A DNA stretch of 64,000 nt. Source: Cenococcum geophilum (lineage: Eukaryota). Positions within the stretch are counted from its first letter, which is position 1; the number at the start of each line of letters is the position of its first letter. This document shows positions 38,952 to 51,535 of the stretch, in pieces. The stretch is from the NCBI GenBank assembly GCA_050273025.1, contig CP158636.1, forward strand, positions 1,054,001-1,118,000. The letters are read 5' to 3'. Made by a program: the position numbers and the translations under genes. The notes beneath the pieces were generated by a model, which worked only from the letters and a program-made list of their open reading frames with translations, had not been told where the DNA came from and made no database searches.

Positions 38952-41900
38952 GCTGGTGTAGGGGGAGGGGAATGGGTCGTCCTCAAGTTCCACTAAAGGC
39001 CTCAAGGACTGATATGGTTTCCACAAAGACTAGGTGGCCTAATGGATCGTAAAGACCAGAAAACGGAATCCTTGGACTGGGTAGGAAAAAGAGAAGCAAC
39101 AACGTATTAAAGAGAAAGGCTCCAGGCGGACAAGCAAGCGTGGCAAAGGTGGAGGAGGCGACAGTAGGAGTGAGTTCGAGCTAAGGAAGAGGATGAGGCT
39201 GAGAGAATGAAGCTATGGCAATGGGTAAATACACGTTGAAGGGCGAAGGAGCGGAAGGAGAGGCAATGGAGGAGGATGGTTTGGTATGATGTATGATGCC
39301 GGGCTGGGCGGCGTAGGAGGGTGATAAGTGGTGCACAGTAGCTGATGGGCCGTTGCAGGGCGAGACATGCTTTCTACAAATAGGAAGGATCAGGCTACGT
39401 GACGCTATGACGAATACGGGAGTGCATACAGGCCCGCACGGGCCTGGGGCGGGAGCATCCATGTCGGTGTTGGGCCAAACAGGAGGCTTGGGTGGGGCGC
39501 GACGAAAGCAGAGGCTGACGGGCTTGTTCCAGTGCTCGGGGTTGACGTTAGCGGCACCGGACGGGCAGGCCAGCAGTCATGCCATGGCTCGCCTTGCCTC
39601 GCAGCAGCCAGAGAGCTAGTGGGAGCCCACCCTCGCAGCCAGAGCAACCCTTCTCGCCCTCTTGCACGCCCGCAGTACCCTTAGCCCGCAGGGGCTTAGA
39701 GCACCGAGCAGCAAATCAAAGTCGTGGCGCCTGGTCACTGCTGCGGTCGCATGCATCGCTTTTCTTCCGGGGCCAGCTTTGACACTCGACTTGCTGTGAC
39801 ACAGACTCCCGCCGGGGCTCGATGCTCGCAGTGCAGCAGCTTTCTCCCGCCAAAACACACCAAAAGCTCACCAAAACAGCTGCATGCGTCCTCCACCACA
39901 GTTCCACTGCCCTCCGCCGTCCTCTCACGGTGCTAAGCGGGCCCGACGACCACCCGGCAACCGCGCCCGCATCAGCAGCGAGCACTGTTCAGCAGAGGAG
40001 GCTCGGCAGGCCAGCAGACGCCAGTGGTGCACAGTAATGCAGCATCAGCTTTGTGCCGCTGCCCGCCGCCGGCCCTCAGCCCAGCAGGTCTTGCCCGTAT
40101 CGAGGCAGGAGGCAAAAAATATCGCATGCACGCGGCTTGGTGCAGATTTGCAGCGAGAGGGCCTGCGAGCGTCGCTCCCAAGACCGCCAGACAAAGCGCT
40201 GGTTGGTCATCGTCGCCAGCCTTCTGAGTGGCCTCTGACCCAACGCCCGCTCTGCACACACCGGAGGAAGATGGAAGATGGCAGGTCGGCCCAGGCAGAT
40301 GTTGCCGTTGCCGGCTAGACGCCTGCAAAGGCGTGCGAGATGATGAGAGATCCAACGCTCTCCAGCCCGAACCCCAGCCGAATCCCAGCCGCCGCTGGGC
40401 CTCTGGTTGGCTTTGAGCTGACGAGCGCTCGTAAGCGCACGGCCGTTCGATAGTCTCGGCCTAGCCATGTTGGCGTTGATCGCGAGCACATACCATAATG
40501 AGGCCAAAGTCACGCCAAAGTCGTTGTCGACACCGAGGTAATGAGCGTGAGACGCAGATCTTGCAACGCCTGCGGCACCGTCATGCTTCCTCCACACAGC
40601 TGCTGCTATTCCCTCCCTTCCCCTCCCCCAAAGTCCCTCCTTGTCCTCCCATTGTCCTCCAGGGCCCTTGCTCGGTTCTCTCCTGCCTAAACTTGGGTTG
40701 CCGCCGGCCTCATACATACATGACCCACGGTCGCTTGGCGAGGAAGGAAGTGGCTGGCAGCCCTGGTTTGCGAGGCGTAATATTCATAGCAATCGGAATT
40801 TTAGCGACGTCACGTTTTGTGTTAGTGGTGTTGGAGTCACTGTGATCGCTGTTGGCTGTCTGAGTCGAAACAGGACTCCCAGCGTTCCCAGCATTATTCC
40901 CAGCAAAACCCGCGCCTTAATTTTGCAACATGCTGCCGCCTGAAGAAAAGGGTCAAGAGGCTATCGCCCTTGGATTTGCCGATGACACATGGCTTGTTGC
41001 AGCTGATTGGGCTTCGTTCCACCCAGCGGCCTTCTGGAAAACTGCAAGGCTTGCGGATTGCCAGTTCGCCTCGTCACAGGGTCCGCCTCGATTGGCCACA
41101 TCTCACATATTGTCAATCTAAGACGGGCGGTTGGATGACTAACAGGTGTTGGCTTTGCTCATCACTGAGCCGGAGGGTAATTTGCGGCACTAAGACTGCT
41201 TCCACCAGTGACACGCCACGCACCTTGGGATTAATTGCAGTCTGCTCTGCAACATGGCAAATGGCCCGCCGAGATATTTCCAAATCCAGCCAGTCATGAT
41301 TTTTATGTCATCCACTTTGTCCACCTCACCTTGCTGCTCATCTTCTTTTGTCTCTCATTTGGTTTCACCCACGGAAATCTCACTGTGGTCACAAGGCCCG
41401 CACAGGGGAACCCTATTCACCATCGTGAGCTGAGAGGCTGTCCTGAAGGTGGCAGAGCGGCGCCAATCTCAGCCAACGACTGCCTTTGACTGCCTTCGAC
41501 CACCAACAATTACCGAGACCCTCCGAGCCCATGAACAACGTGGCCGGTTGCGCAATGAGCCCACAAAAGAAAGTGGGCGCCTTCTGACAGACCAGCAATC
41601 GCGATAGAGTTGCGAGACGCTGCTGGGCCGCAGGGCCAAAACAAGAAAAGAAGGCCCGCCACACTTTGATTAAGCCGTTAGCTGCAATTTCTTGTTCGTA
41701 TCCGTGCCCGTTGAGCGCCGGGGCATGCAGCCGTGGCGCCCAGTCCAGACCAGGGCTCTCGCCGATGGGATACGATCCTGTGCGTAGTGCGTAAAGCACC
41801 TGCATATTTTTTCTCCCGGCATGATCCGTGCTTCCAACCATTGTTTGTTTCCCGCTGCCTTAAGCTGCCCATGCGGATACCAGCGGGAACCTGTGAAGGC

Positions 41901-44682
41901 GATCGTCGCCAATGTCGACACCAACTATGCTATGTCGGTCTCTAGGTGTTCAAAATAGAAAGAATTTTCCAAGGGCATGGCTGTGGTATAGACGGAGGCT
42001 CCGTTTTCGGTCCACCCGAAATTGCTGTTCGCTTGCGCAACAGCCTCAACCCCAGGCAATCAAAACTGCCCAAACTGCCCAAACGGCCAAACTGGCAGGC
42101 TGGCAGCTGGCAGACTGGCAGATTGGAAGACTGGCCTCTCTCCCAACCGCCGCGAGCATGCTCCAAGTTTGAACCTAGGGTTTAGTCAACGTCGGATTTA
42201 TTACTCCGCATTTCACCACCAACAATCTTTCCTTTCAGCTCGAGCTCAGCGCACGCTGTGTCACACTCACCGCTGGGTATCCCAAACCAGTCCAGGTCTA
42301 GTGGAGCGGACACGCGGCTGTCATTGCTCTATCTTATCGATACTACTCTTCCGCCCCTCATCAAGGACCCCGCCATCACGATCAAAACTTGCTGCGGTCG
42401 AAACTCAGACTGATGACCGCACTTGCATCATCCAACGTCCCAATCAGTGGCTCCAAACGCTATCTGGTCGTGATGTCGAATGGTGGCTGGCTGACAAAAT
42501 TGTCCGATCATCCCAGCAAACGCTGTGCCGCAACGACCAAACGTGCTCCACAGGGCTATGAAAATTCCAGAAGTCCAGGCACCGCGATCTTCGTGAATGG
42601 CTAGGTAGAAGATTGGCATATGACATCGTCAGCCGCTTTGTGGGATCATGGAACTTGTCGCTGCCCAGTCCAGGTCTCACGGCTAACCGCTATGCCAAAG
42701 AGTAATTGCGGTAATTGGAGGGATCTCGAAGATGCGGTGCAAATAGCCGTCACACCGCCCCCAGCCCGCGGCAGTTTTTGCTTTGCCTCAGCCGCGAATG
42801 ATTCCAACGTCCGAGAAGATCTAATTCTGATCTTCATGCCTTGGATGCACGATGGACATTGCATGGGACCATCCTTCGTCATAATTATCGTGATCATAGT
42901 GAACAAAGCAGCACGGGTTGGAATCGAAGGCCAAGCATCTCACCTCAGAAAGATGAAACGAGGTTGCGCAGATCGAGGCGCTAAAAACGGCCGTATTCGA
43001 CGGCCACTTTGCGTTATCTCTGTACACAACATCAGCCCGCTTGAGCAGAATACTGGGTTTGGCCCATTTCCAATTACCTGCTCAAGCGCCCTTGGTTGAG
43101 GGTTCTTCCATGACGTGTCAAGCCATTTGAAACTGAAGCTGCATGAGTGATCCTGCAGAGCCGACTTTAGAAGAATATCGGTATGCCATGTCTCCGGTCC
43201 GAACGTCCGCACGGGCAGTCAGTCAACGACATCGTTCCAGCTGTTGTAAACCCGATGCTAAACACAATAATGCCCTCAGTGACACAACGTTTCGTGAAGC
43301 CGCACCAGCAGAGCATGATTCCGGTACAAGGCCGTGTCTAAGCACAGATCCTCCCGGCAGAAACAACGCGTATGAAAAGCATAAGCAACAAAACCCGAGC
43401 GGCTTCTGAGGGAACAGGCATCCAAGAAAAAAATTCGATCAACCAGCTGAGAACAGCGAACCATCAGGCGTCCACAATACGCTCAACGAGAGGGCCAGGT
43501 TGACCTTGTCGACGGAAACGGGACACAATCTGCGAACCATCAATGAGAAGCCTAACAAGACTTCGTCTTTCGATGTCGCCGTCTCAAGGCTTCCATCAGC
43601 GTTCCCGAACAAGTATACGACGACGAGCAATTTCATTTTCGCTGTCCGCGTGCCCTTTGTGCCATTTACCGGCGAGCTAATGAACTTTGATCATCTTCTA
43701 GAATCTTGACAAGAGTGGTAGCCGCGAAGCTTAACGTGGCAGTCGAAATTAAGAAGAAAATCGTCGGCGTGGCCTTGTCACTTTTTACTCGCCGCTTCAT
43801 CTTTGTCAATGACGGGTCGTTTCACTAGTGTTTTGCAGATGGCCCACGATATCGCTCCCTGAGGCCCACATATTTACCGACGACGAAACCCGACGGCAGG
43901 GAACGCCTTGGAGTGCGCCTTGTTCGGTAATTTTTATGGAGTCTTCTGTCTGCCTAGCGAGGGCGCCATTCGGATGTGTTAGGAAGGATGTCTGAGATCA
44001 GAAAACTGTGTTGAATAACGGGAAGGTTCGGAAGCGTTAGTAACGTGCTGGACGCCGTCGAAATTGTGGGTAGGTATGCGCAAGTAGTGTTGTACTACGT
44101 GGAAAACCGAGCACCTCAAGCTCTATTGATAATTTACGAGCCTCATCGTATTGCGCACCACATATTACGTGAAGTGACATTGAACGTGCTGTGATGCTCT
44201 TCTAGGCCAGATAAGGTAATCGAGCATTTCGACGGGAAAGTGCCGTCCAGAATTTGAAGGCGCGACAAGAGCTAGAGCACTCCATCCACAGTGTCCATAT
44301 CGAGAGCTTTTCAGAATTCATCTGTACGGAAAATATGTGTTTGCAATATCCGAAAGCTGCCATCCAACGACGTATCTTGTTTCTGATGTTATCATTCATA
44401 AATCTTTTAAATGCTAAAGGCCTTTGCTCGACCGAATTATTATGTTACATCTTCAATTGCTAGTTGAAGAACGCAAGGAATCGACCGCGTTGAAGCCAGG
44501 TTTTCAGCGGATGGACTAGCTAGGAGGTAAATATTTTAGAGTAGGCAATGAAAATATTCGTAGTGCTAGGAGGAAACCATGGAACTTCAGAATTCTCCGA
44601 GTGCGTTACTCACAACAGAGAGAAATTTTTTTATCAAAATTGAGGTGGGTGGTGTGCTGCCGAGGTTTCCGCCCCTAGCCCA

Positions 44683-44901
44683 TTTAGTCATGGCCTCGCA
44701 TACCAAAACCCACCAATTTAAGATAGGTTTACAACTTTACTCAGGCTCCAATAGCTTATTTAAAAGGTTAAAAAACTTCTACATAAATAATATCAATAAT
44801 AAAATACACTATAGCTATTTTATTTTTATTTTTGTTAGAAGGCTTTACAGCTAAAGAACTGTCTTCCGAATGTGACGTGGTTTTATGAGGCCACGACTAA
44901 A
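44683..44901. mobile_element. MITE-like element with 15-bp terminal inverted repeats
   Basis: TTTAGTCATGGCCTC (44683) vs GAGGCCACGACTAAA (44887-44901), one mismatch; AT-rich interior. Confidence 0.55.
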
Positions 44902-44993
44902 CAGGTGGGCCTCGGCCTTTCCAATTAAATTTTCCCACACTTATTAAGGGGTCTGTTCTTCCCACACGAAAAGAGATAGCCGGAGTTAGAAGC

Positions 44994-44999
44994 AAAAAA
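44994..44999 (-). terminator. Pol III terminator (T6) of the tRNA-Trp gene
   Basis: TTTTTT on the minus strand ~20 nt downstream of the discriminator base. Confidence 0.7.
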
Positions 45000-45018
45000 C
45001 TTTGAGCATCCTAGGACT

Positions 45019-45151
45019 TGAACCTAGAGCGATTTGAACGCTCAACCTTCTGGAGATTCCATATTCTGGAATCAGACGCGCTACCTATGTGGATGTTAGC
45101 TTTGATTCAAATAAGAATTAAAGGTAAAACCTCCCATTGCGCCATAGGTCC
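45019..45151 (-). tRNA. trnW-CCA: tRNA-Trp(CCA) with a canonical anticodon-loop intron and an extra 50-nt D-loop insert
   Basis: Acceptor GGACCTA/TAGGTTC + A; D-stem GCGC/GCGC; anticodon CCA 45069-45067; T-arm GAGCG TTCAAAT CGCTC; ~11-nt intron 45065-45055 after position 37; insert 45134-45085. The 31:39 pair of the anticodon stem is A:C. Confidence 0.88.
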
Positions 45152-46232
45152 TATTTTGAATGGTTTGGAAATTAAATGTAATATGTAGATAATTAAAAGA
45201 GTTGAATATCTTCAAGGGCGATAGGTGGAGGTATAGCGGCCCTAAAACATCTCCACGCTTAACTAAACCCTATTGGAAATGGCTATACACGCTCATTTAT
45301 CCTTCGTAGGTCTTTTTTCTAGGTCCTTAGCAACTAAATATCATCTATTCTCAAGGTTTTGCAGTTTGCGGTAGAGATACCTCCACCAGGGGTTCTAGAA
45401 TGCTCTCCTAGCCCAAGAAGTCGGTTTTGGCCCTAGAATACTACACCTGCAAATACTCTCCGCTATACAAATTTCCTGTGCTACAATAATTAAATATAAT
45501 CGCTACGGTCCTTTGAGTAGTGAATGTCCCTAATTAGGAAAGTCACGTGAGACCCTCTATAGTCCACTCATGCAGCGTCTAGAAAATAAAGATGGATTAA
45601 TTGCTACCCGTAGATATTCGCAATATGTGGAACACAGTTATGGTAAAACCAGGCTGTTATACTAAATTGTAGGTTAATAAGATTCTACATTGAAGGGTTC
45701 TCTATTAATCCCTTCTATGCTATCGAACCTTAGATAAGCATCTAAAGAACTCTAGAGCTTTATACCAGGGGAGTAGGTTTGGTATTCTTAATTACTAAAG
45801 TAATTCATGAAGGCATAATTGAAAGACTACTTAAGTATATGCCGGAACGGTCCATAGGATAAAACCGCAGCGGCTGGGTGCTAGCAGCATGGGTAATGTA
45901 AATTGTATTGTCTATTTAAGCTGGAGAGCATCCACCGATGCCTAAAAAAATCTAACTCGAAACTAGCCTCACAATTCCTTCGTTACTCAGAAATAGCTAA
46001 CGCATAAGCTGGATTTTAGTAGAGGCACTGGATTGCTGGTTGATTGGTTGCACGAGATGAGTACACTTATCATCCCACTTGTTGCTAATTTATGATAACG
46101 CAAAGAAGAACTGCATTGCTTTGCGGTCTAGGTGGCCTTAGAGGCGGCCCTAGCATTTGGCGAACACTGACACGTTGCCTTCAAGAAGAGCAAACTGGGA
46201 GAGAATGCTCAAGAAAGGAGATGGGAATTGCA

Positions 46233-46767
46233 CTAAGAATTTTTTGGATTCTCTGGTGCGGTTTTCCACTATAATCATTGTAAGTAAAAGCATGGAATAC
46301 ACCTTTCAAAGGTGGTAATGTCACATGCCCATTTTGCAGTCGTGATTTACAGTGGTTGGCAGAGAAAGAGTTCAGATGGATTCCTGAGAAGCGTAAAGAA
46401 CATTGATGAAAAACACTAACCATCTTGCCAAGCTCTTTCTGCTGTTCCTTGAAAGAAAGCCCGGGGAAGTTCGAGCGGTGCTCTTTAACTAGAGGTTTGG
46501 AATTAGCATGAGGACAAGATTGCGCCCATAGTGGAGCTCGAGGCCATAAGCCAAACGTATCGGAACTGTCGAATTTGACGATTCATATCCTATTTAGAAA
46601 ATAAGTGCGAGGAACATACAGAAATTTTGCATTAGGACAGTGGCTTTGACAGTGCCATTCTTCGCTGTTCCCTTGGGCGGACGTCCGAGGCCTCTCTTTA
46701 CGCCAGCAGTTGCTGAGGGTTTAGGTTTTGCTGGCTTCGCTTTGGTACGGGGAGTTGTGGCGGCCAT
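46233..46767 (-). CDS. 83-aa basic protein with AT-hook-like motif and YABBY/HMG-like C-terminus (3 exons)
   Basis: Exons 46767-46620, 46488-46421, 46268-46233 splice in phase (GTATGT..GCTAAT..TAG; GTTAGT..ACTTAC..TAG) to MAATTPRTKAKPAKPK..KRGLGRPPK..MQNFFKEHRSNFPGLSFKEQQKELGKMWKTAPENPKNS*. Confidence 0.8.
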
Positions 46768-47642
46768 GGTCAATTGTACGTCGGGCTTTTATGACTAGCT
46801 ACGTTGATTCTGAGCTTGATATGATGTATTTTGATGTAAGAAGTCGCGTGAAGTGTTGTTTTCGATGGAATTGATGGTGAAGGCGAGCCAGGGACATTTC
46901 ATAACAACGTGTCCCTTGCTAGCGTTTCCAAATAGTTGCGCTAATCGCAACTGGAATTTTGATACGTCCGTGCTTTAGTCTGAATGGGGCGCTGGCGCTT
47001 CAGGGCCTACTTAGATGTACGCCTTCCTTTCAAGTACCTTGAAACGGCTCACTACAGTAAAAACTCTTTAGTACGATATTTAATTACAACGATATACTCT
47101 ATATTACGATCTACACCCCTTGGTCAAAGCTTTTTAGTGTAATATACTGACTATTTACAATATCATTAAATTTTCTCTACCAAAATCGTTATAACTAGTA
47201 GGGATTTTGTATAGGCCCTACTTTGCCCGTAAGGTAGATGCTCTACGCCTTTTAGGATACCCGACCACGCGTCGTTATCTCAATCCAACACGATTATCCA
47301 ATCACAGGCTGCTTACATAACGCTTACATCAGCTTGGATGGTACTCGGAGCGGGAAAATGTATGTGTTTTTCGCTCACGCCATACTGAGAAACCATTAAT
47401 CAATCAACCACCAACCAACGCTTATACAACCGAAAGGCCAACGAAGGTTGTAGATCTAGGCGAGGCGAATCCAGCACCGTAAAAATAGTTCCAATTGGCC
47501 TGGTAGTTGTTGCTGCATTTGGGTTCGGGCAACGTAATTAAGACAGCAATCGTAAAGCCAAAGGCATTAGCCATCACCACTCCCTCCTGTTTAATCCCCT
47601 TATTAATACTTATAGCAGATAAGCTTTTAAACAGCTAATATA

Positions 47643-50600
47643 ATAATAATTAATAATAATAATAATTTATTGCTTAACGTCCGATTCGGATCCTTATTAG
47701 GCCCACGCGGACTACTCCTTATTTATATATGGGGAGAAAACTCTATTTAAGAAAAATAAGAAAACCCCGTGATCCATCTCCCCGCCTTTTGGGACTCGCC
47801 TGCTTAGCGCCTACAAGTCGCCTATAGTGCTCTACTACCTTACTATTTAACCTTCTTGGGAACCACTGCTGCCGTAATAAGCCTATAGACGCGCTAGTAT
47901 TATAAACTATTACTCTACTACTGTAGAGTTACTAGGGGGCACCTGCTGCTTGCCCCCTTACCTTTTATTACTATTTCCCTTACAACCTAGAACTGATTTA
48001 GCACATTTTAACTAATAAGCCACTGGGTAACCGCCTTAAGGCCTTTTTATATTGAGAGTAGTATATTATAGTTCTCTATGCTAGCTGCTGAGAGCATTAT
48101 TTCTTAATTAGTGCGTAGGGGGCATAGCAGTATTACATATTTTGGTGTCTGTCTTGGCTAGCTATATTCACATCTTAGGCTACTTACTAGGACACCCACC
48201 CAGTAAAGCCAATCTTTTAGTCCTATTATTCCTATTCTTAAGAGTGTTGCTATTATATTTTCTGCCTTTATTAGGCCTTCTCAGAGCCCTTGGGTATTTA
48301 CCCCCTATGGCGTTAACTATACTATAGCTTGGGTTTGTCTTACCTAAGTTAGCCTTTATACTTTTAACTCCTATTTACCTCTCCAGCGTTGGTCCAACCA
48401 GTATTGTATTGTAGTAGATGGTTTCCTAGTATTCTTATATATTCTACTTTGGCTCCTTTCTCTATCTTACTATTGTCTTTACTAACCTCTTACGCGTCTC
48501 CCTTCCTCCTCTATATAGGCCTAGGCCCTAAAGCGGCATTATTCTTCTTCTGCTTTCTTTACCTGTTTCTCTAATATCTCTTCCCTACTTTAGGGTTGTT
48601 GGTTTATTCTCCTACGGGGCACTTTAGGGTCCCTCTATAGTTTATTTAGGCGTGTTTTAATATACTTTATAATATTAGAGTTACATTTATTTTACGTTCT
48701 TTATATTATAGCGGCTTTAATATATAACTATAGGGGGGGAATATTAGATTCCTTCTTAAGTAGTGCTGTGGCCGTTCGCTTATATCCGCCTATAATACTC
48801 TAGAGGCAGGCTGTTTGGACCTTTTAAAGTAGTTTAAGGAGTAATTTTAGGGGGCCCTTCTTAGTTTCTTTAATGGCCCAGATACTGGATCTATATATTA
48901 TGGTTAGCCGGACGACTGCTATATATAGTAGGCGTGACCTTTAGAAGCATGGACCCTATATAGAATTAATAATCCTAGATAAAGCGATAAACTATGCTTG
49001 GCCTTTATAGGCTGCTTATACCACATATACGCTCTACTAGAGCTTACTATCTACCTATACTCCTAATACCCTTAGGCCTTAAACTGGTTAACCCTTAAAG
49101 CCTTAAATGCAAATTATATGCTAGAGATCTACAGATTAGTTACGTTTTCTTATAAAATGGATTAGCTGGTATTTCTCTAGTAAGAATTGGACTCTATGGC
49201 GTTTTGCCCACTCTATATAAGTGTTATGGGCTTTCTCTAGTGTTCTGCAGTTCTCTGCGGCTATTAGCCCATATATAATTAGGTTTGTATTATTAACGAA
49301 GCCTATCCCCTAGGTCGCCCCTTCCTTAAAAGAGTTAAGTAGGTTGCTTATAAAGAAAAGGAAGAGTATAGGTAAGAGGGGTAATTCTTGTGGTATTCCT
49401 GTTGTAACTGCGATAGGGGGGCTCTGGTATCCGCTAAAGACTAGTAATATTTCTTTCTGGCCTGTAAACCCTTGGACAAATTGTATAATCCATTTTAGGA
49501 AGCCCTTTGCCCTAAGGATATGTAGGAGACGCTCGTGGGGTATATTGTTATAGACACTACTAATATCTAGGCTAAGCATTAATACTATAAAGTCCTTTCG
49601 CATCGCCTATGCAGATTTAATGGTAGTAGTAAGTAGCGTAAGTGCTGATAGTGTTAAGCGGTTCTTTCTTGCCCCTATTTAGCTTTGTGGTAGTAGGGCG
49701 TATTCCTCTACCGTATCTACTATATGTTCCGCTATTACCCTTTCTAAGATCTTATTAAGGGTATTTTCTAAGGCAATAGGGCGGTAGCTTCCTGGGATTG
49801 AGTAATCTACTTTGCCTTCTTTTTATAGGATAACCGTCATTATAGATCTTCCGAGTCGCGGGTAGTAGCCTATAGTAAAGCATACTCTAGCTATATCTAT
49901 AAGCCAAGGTGCTATAAGTGGCCTATAGGTTTTTAGGGCCTTATTTGGAATCCTATCTAGTCCTAGTACTATATTGTTTAAAAGGCGGCTAATAGTTCTA
50001 GCCATTTCCTCTGTTATTATATCGCTGTTAACCCGTAGGCGAGTTACCGGTGTTTCGCCCGTGATATTACTAAGGTCTGCTAGAGCTAGTTAGGGGAAGA
50101 ACCTTTCTATAAGGATCTTTGCCTTCTTATTGTTGTCGTTTGTGGCCTATAATTCTCCTACTCTTTATAGGGGTGGTAGGTGTGGGTCTTCTGCTAGGCG
50201 CCCTGCCTTTTTCTTTACCTATTTTACTATATCCTAAAGGCCCTTGTTATAGGGGAGGCTTAGGTTAGAAGTATACTTATTTATAAACCGTCTCTAGTTA
50301 TTTCTTGCTTCTTTTTTTAGGGTATTCTTTAGCTAGTTTCTTGTATCTTTATATTATCTCTCGTCTTTAGGGTTATAGCTGCTTATATATTTTCTTCTTG
50401 CTCATTATTAGCTAGCAACCAGAACTGCGTATTATATAGACTATACGTATTACATATAGGGGCCCGGTTTTAAGATCGGGCAGTGCTCTTCTAGCCCATT
50501 TTTAATTACTGCCTAGATCCTTTCTAGTCTTCGGTCGATTTCCTCAGGGGTAGTTAATAGGCCTCGCTTATTTAGTATTAGGTGGATTTCTTCTAGGTCT

Positions 50601-51535
50601 TAGAGTTATTATTTAACTGCATTAAGGAAACTATCTATCTTAAGCTTCCTTATTGCGTATCTTTTTCTATTTAGTTACGCTTTAGTATCTAGGTCTAGCT
50701 ATATTTAAATAGGGATATAGTCTAGAGTAAGTGCCTATTCTTCTTTAGGGTTACACCTTTTAAGTCTCTGGTATAGGCCTTTGTCTATAAATATAAGGTC
50801 AATTATACTTCTAGCGGTGCCTTATTGCCATATAATTGCTCCTAGGGGGGTGGCTAGCTTAAGGCCCCAAATATCCATAGCTCTTAGTAGGCACTCTAAC
50901 TATTAGTCTGCAGCAACATAGATACCCCCCTACCGCGGGTAGTAGAGGTTTATATCTCCTAATAGGATAGACTCTGTACCTTCGGTTTCCAGTAAGCTTA
51001 TTACCAATATAATATTCTCTATTTATAGGACCCCTTCGACCCTAGGGTTATACACATTAATAATTTATACCGGTCCCCTATATGTTTAGATTGTTATAAC
51101 TACAATGTCTGGGTTAACTGCCTGCCATAACCATAAGGACAGGCTGATAGCCTTGCTAATCATAAAGCACACACATGTGGCTGCTTTTGGTTCGTATAGG
51201 AGCTAGAATCCTTGGGGGCAGTATGTTGATTATGTAAAGGTATTATAATACGGCTCTTGTATAGCAAGGATATGGTGTTTCTCTAGGTCTAGACTGTCTA
51301 GTAGGGGCCTTGCGAGGCGGTGGTTTGTGTTGCCGCAGTTATATTGTATAATGGATAGGTGGCGGACCCCCGGCGAGGGTCCTTCGACTCTCCTTCGTTC
51401 CTCGCTTCTTCTGTTTCCACTTTCTCTAGGATATTCGGAGCTTCTGTCTCTTGTGTCTACACCCTGGTTACTACTCATTTTGTGTAGAGCTTTCCATTCC
51501 CGTGTCTTGTGTTCCTGTTAGCGCTTCTATGTCTG
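47643..51535 (-). mobile_element. 5'-truncated, RIP-degraded Tad1-like LINE (APE endonuclease, RT, C-terminal Cys/His domain)
   Basis: Endonuclease IIQYNC..ILAIQEP ~51250-51350; RT LSLDISSVYNNI, GIPQ, GFVNN (FVDD after RIP) ~49290; C-terminal RCE..RQTPKYVILLCP ~48120-48170; (TAA)n tail 47641-47666; 14-bp TSD. Confidence 0.92.

Noticed and set aside
47053..47213. Possible Tc1/mariner-type MITE starting TACAGTAAAAACTC
   Set aside because: The right-hand inverted repeat is too degenerate to support.
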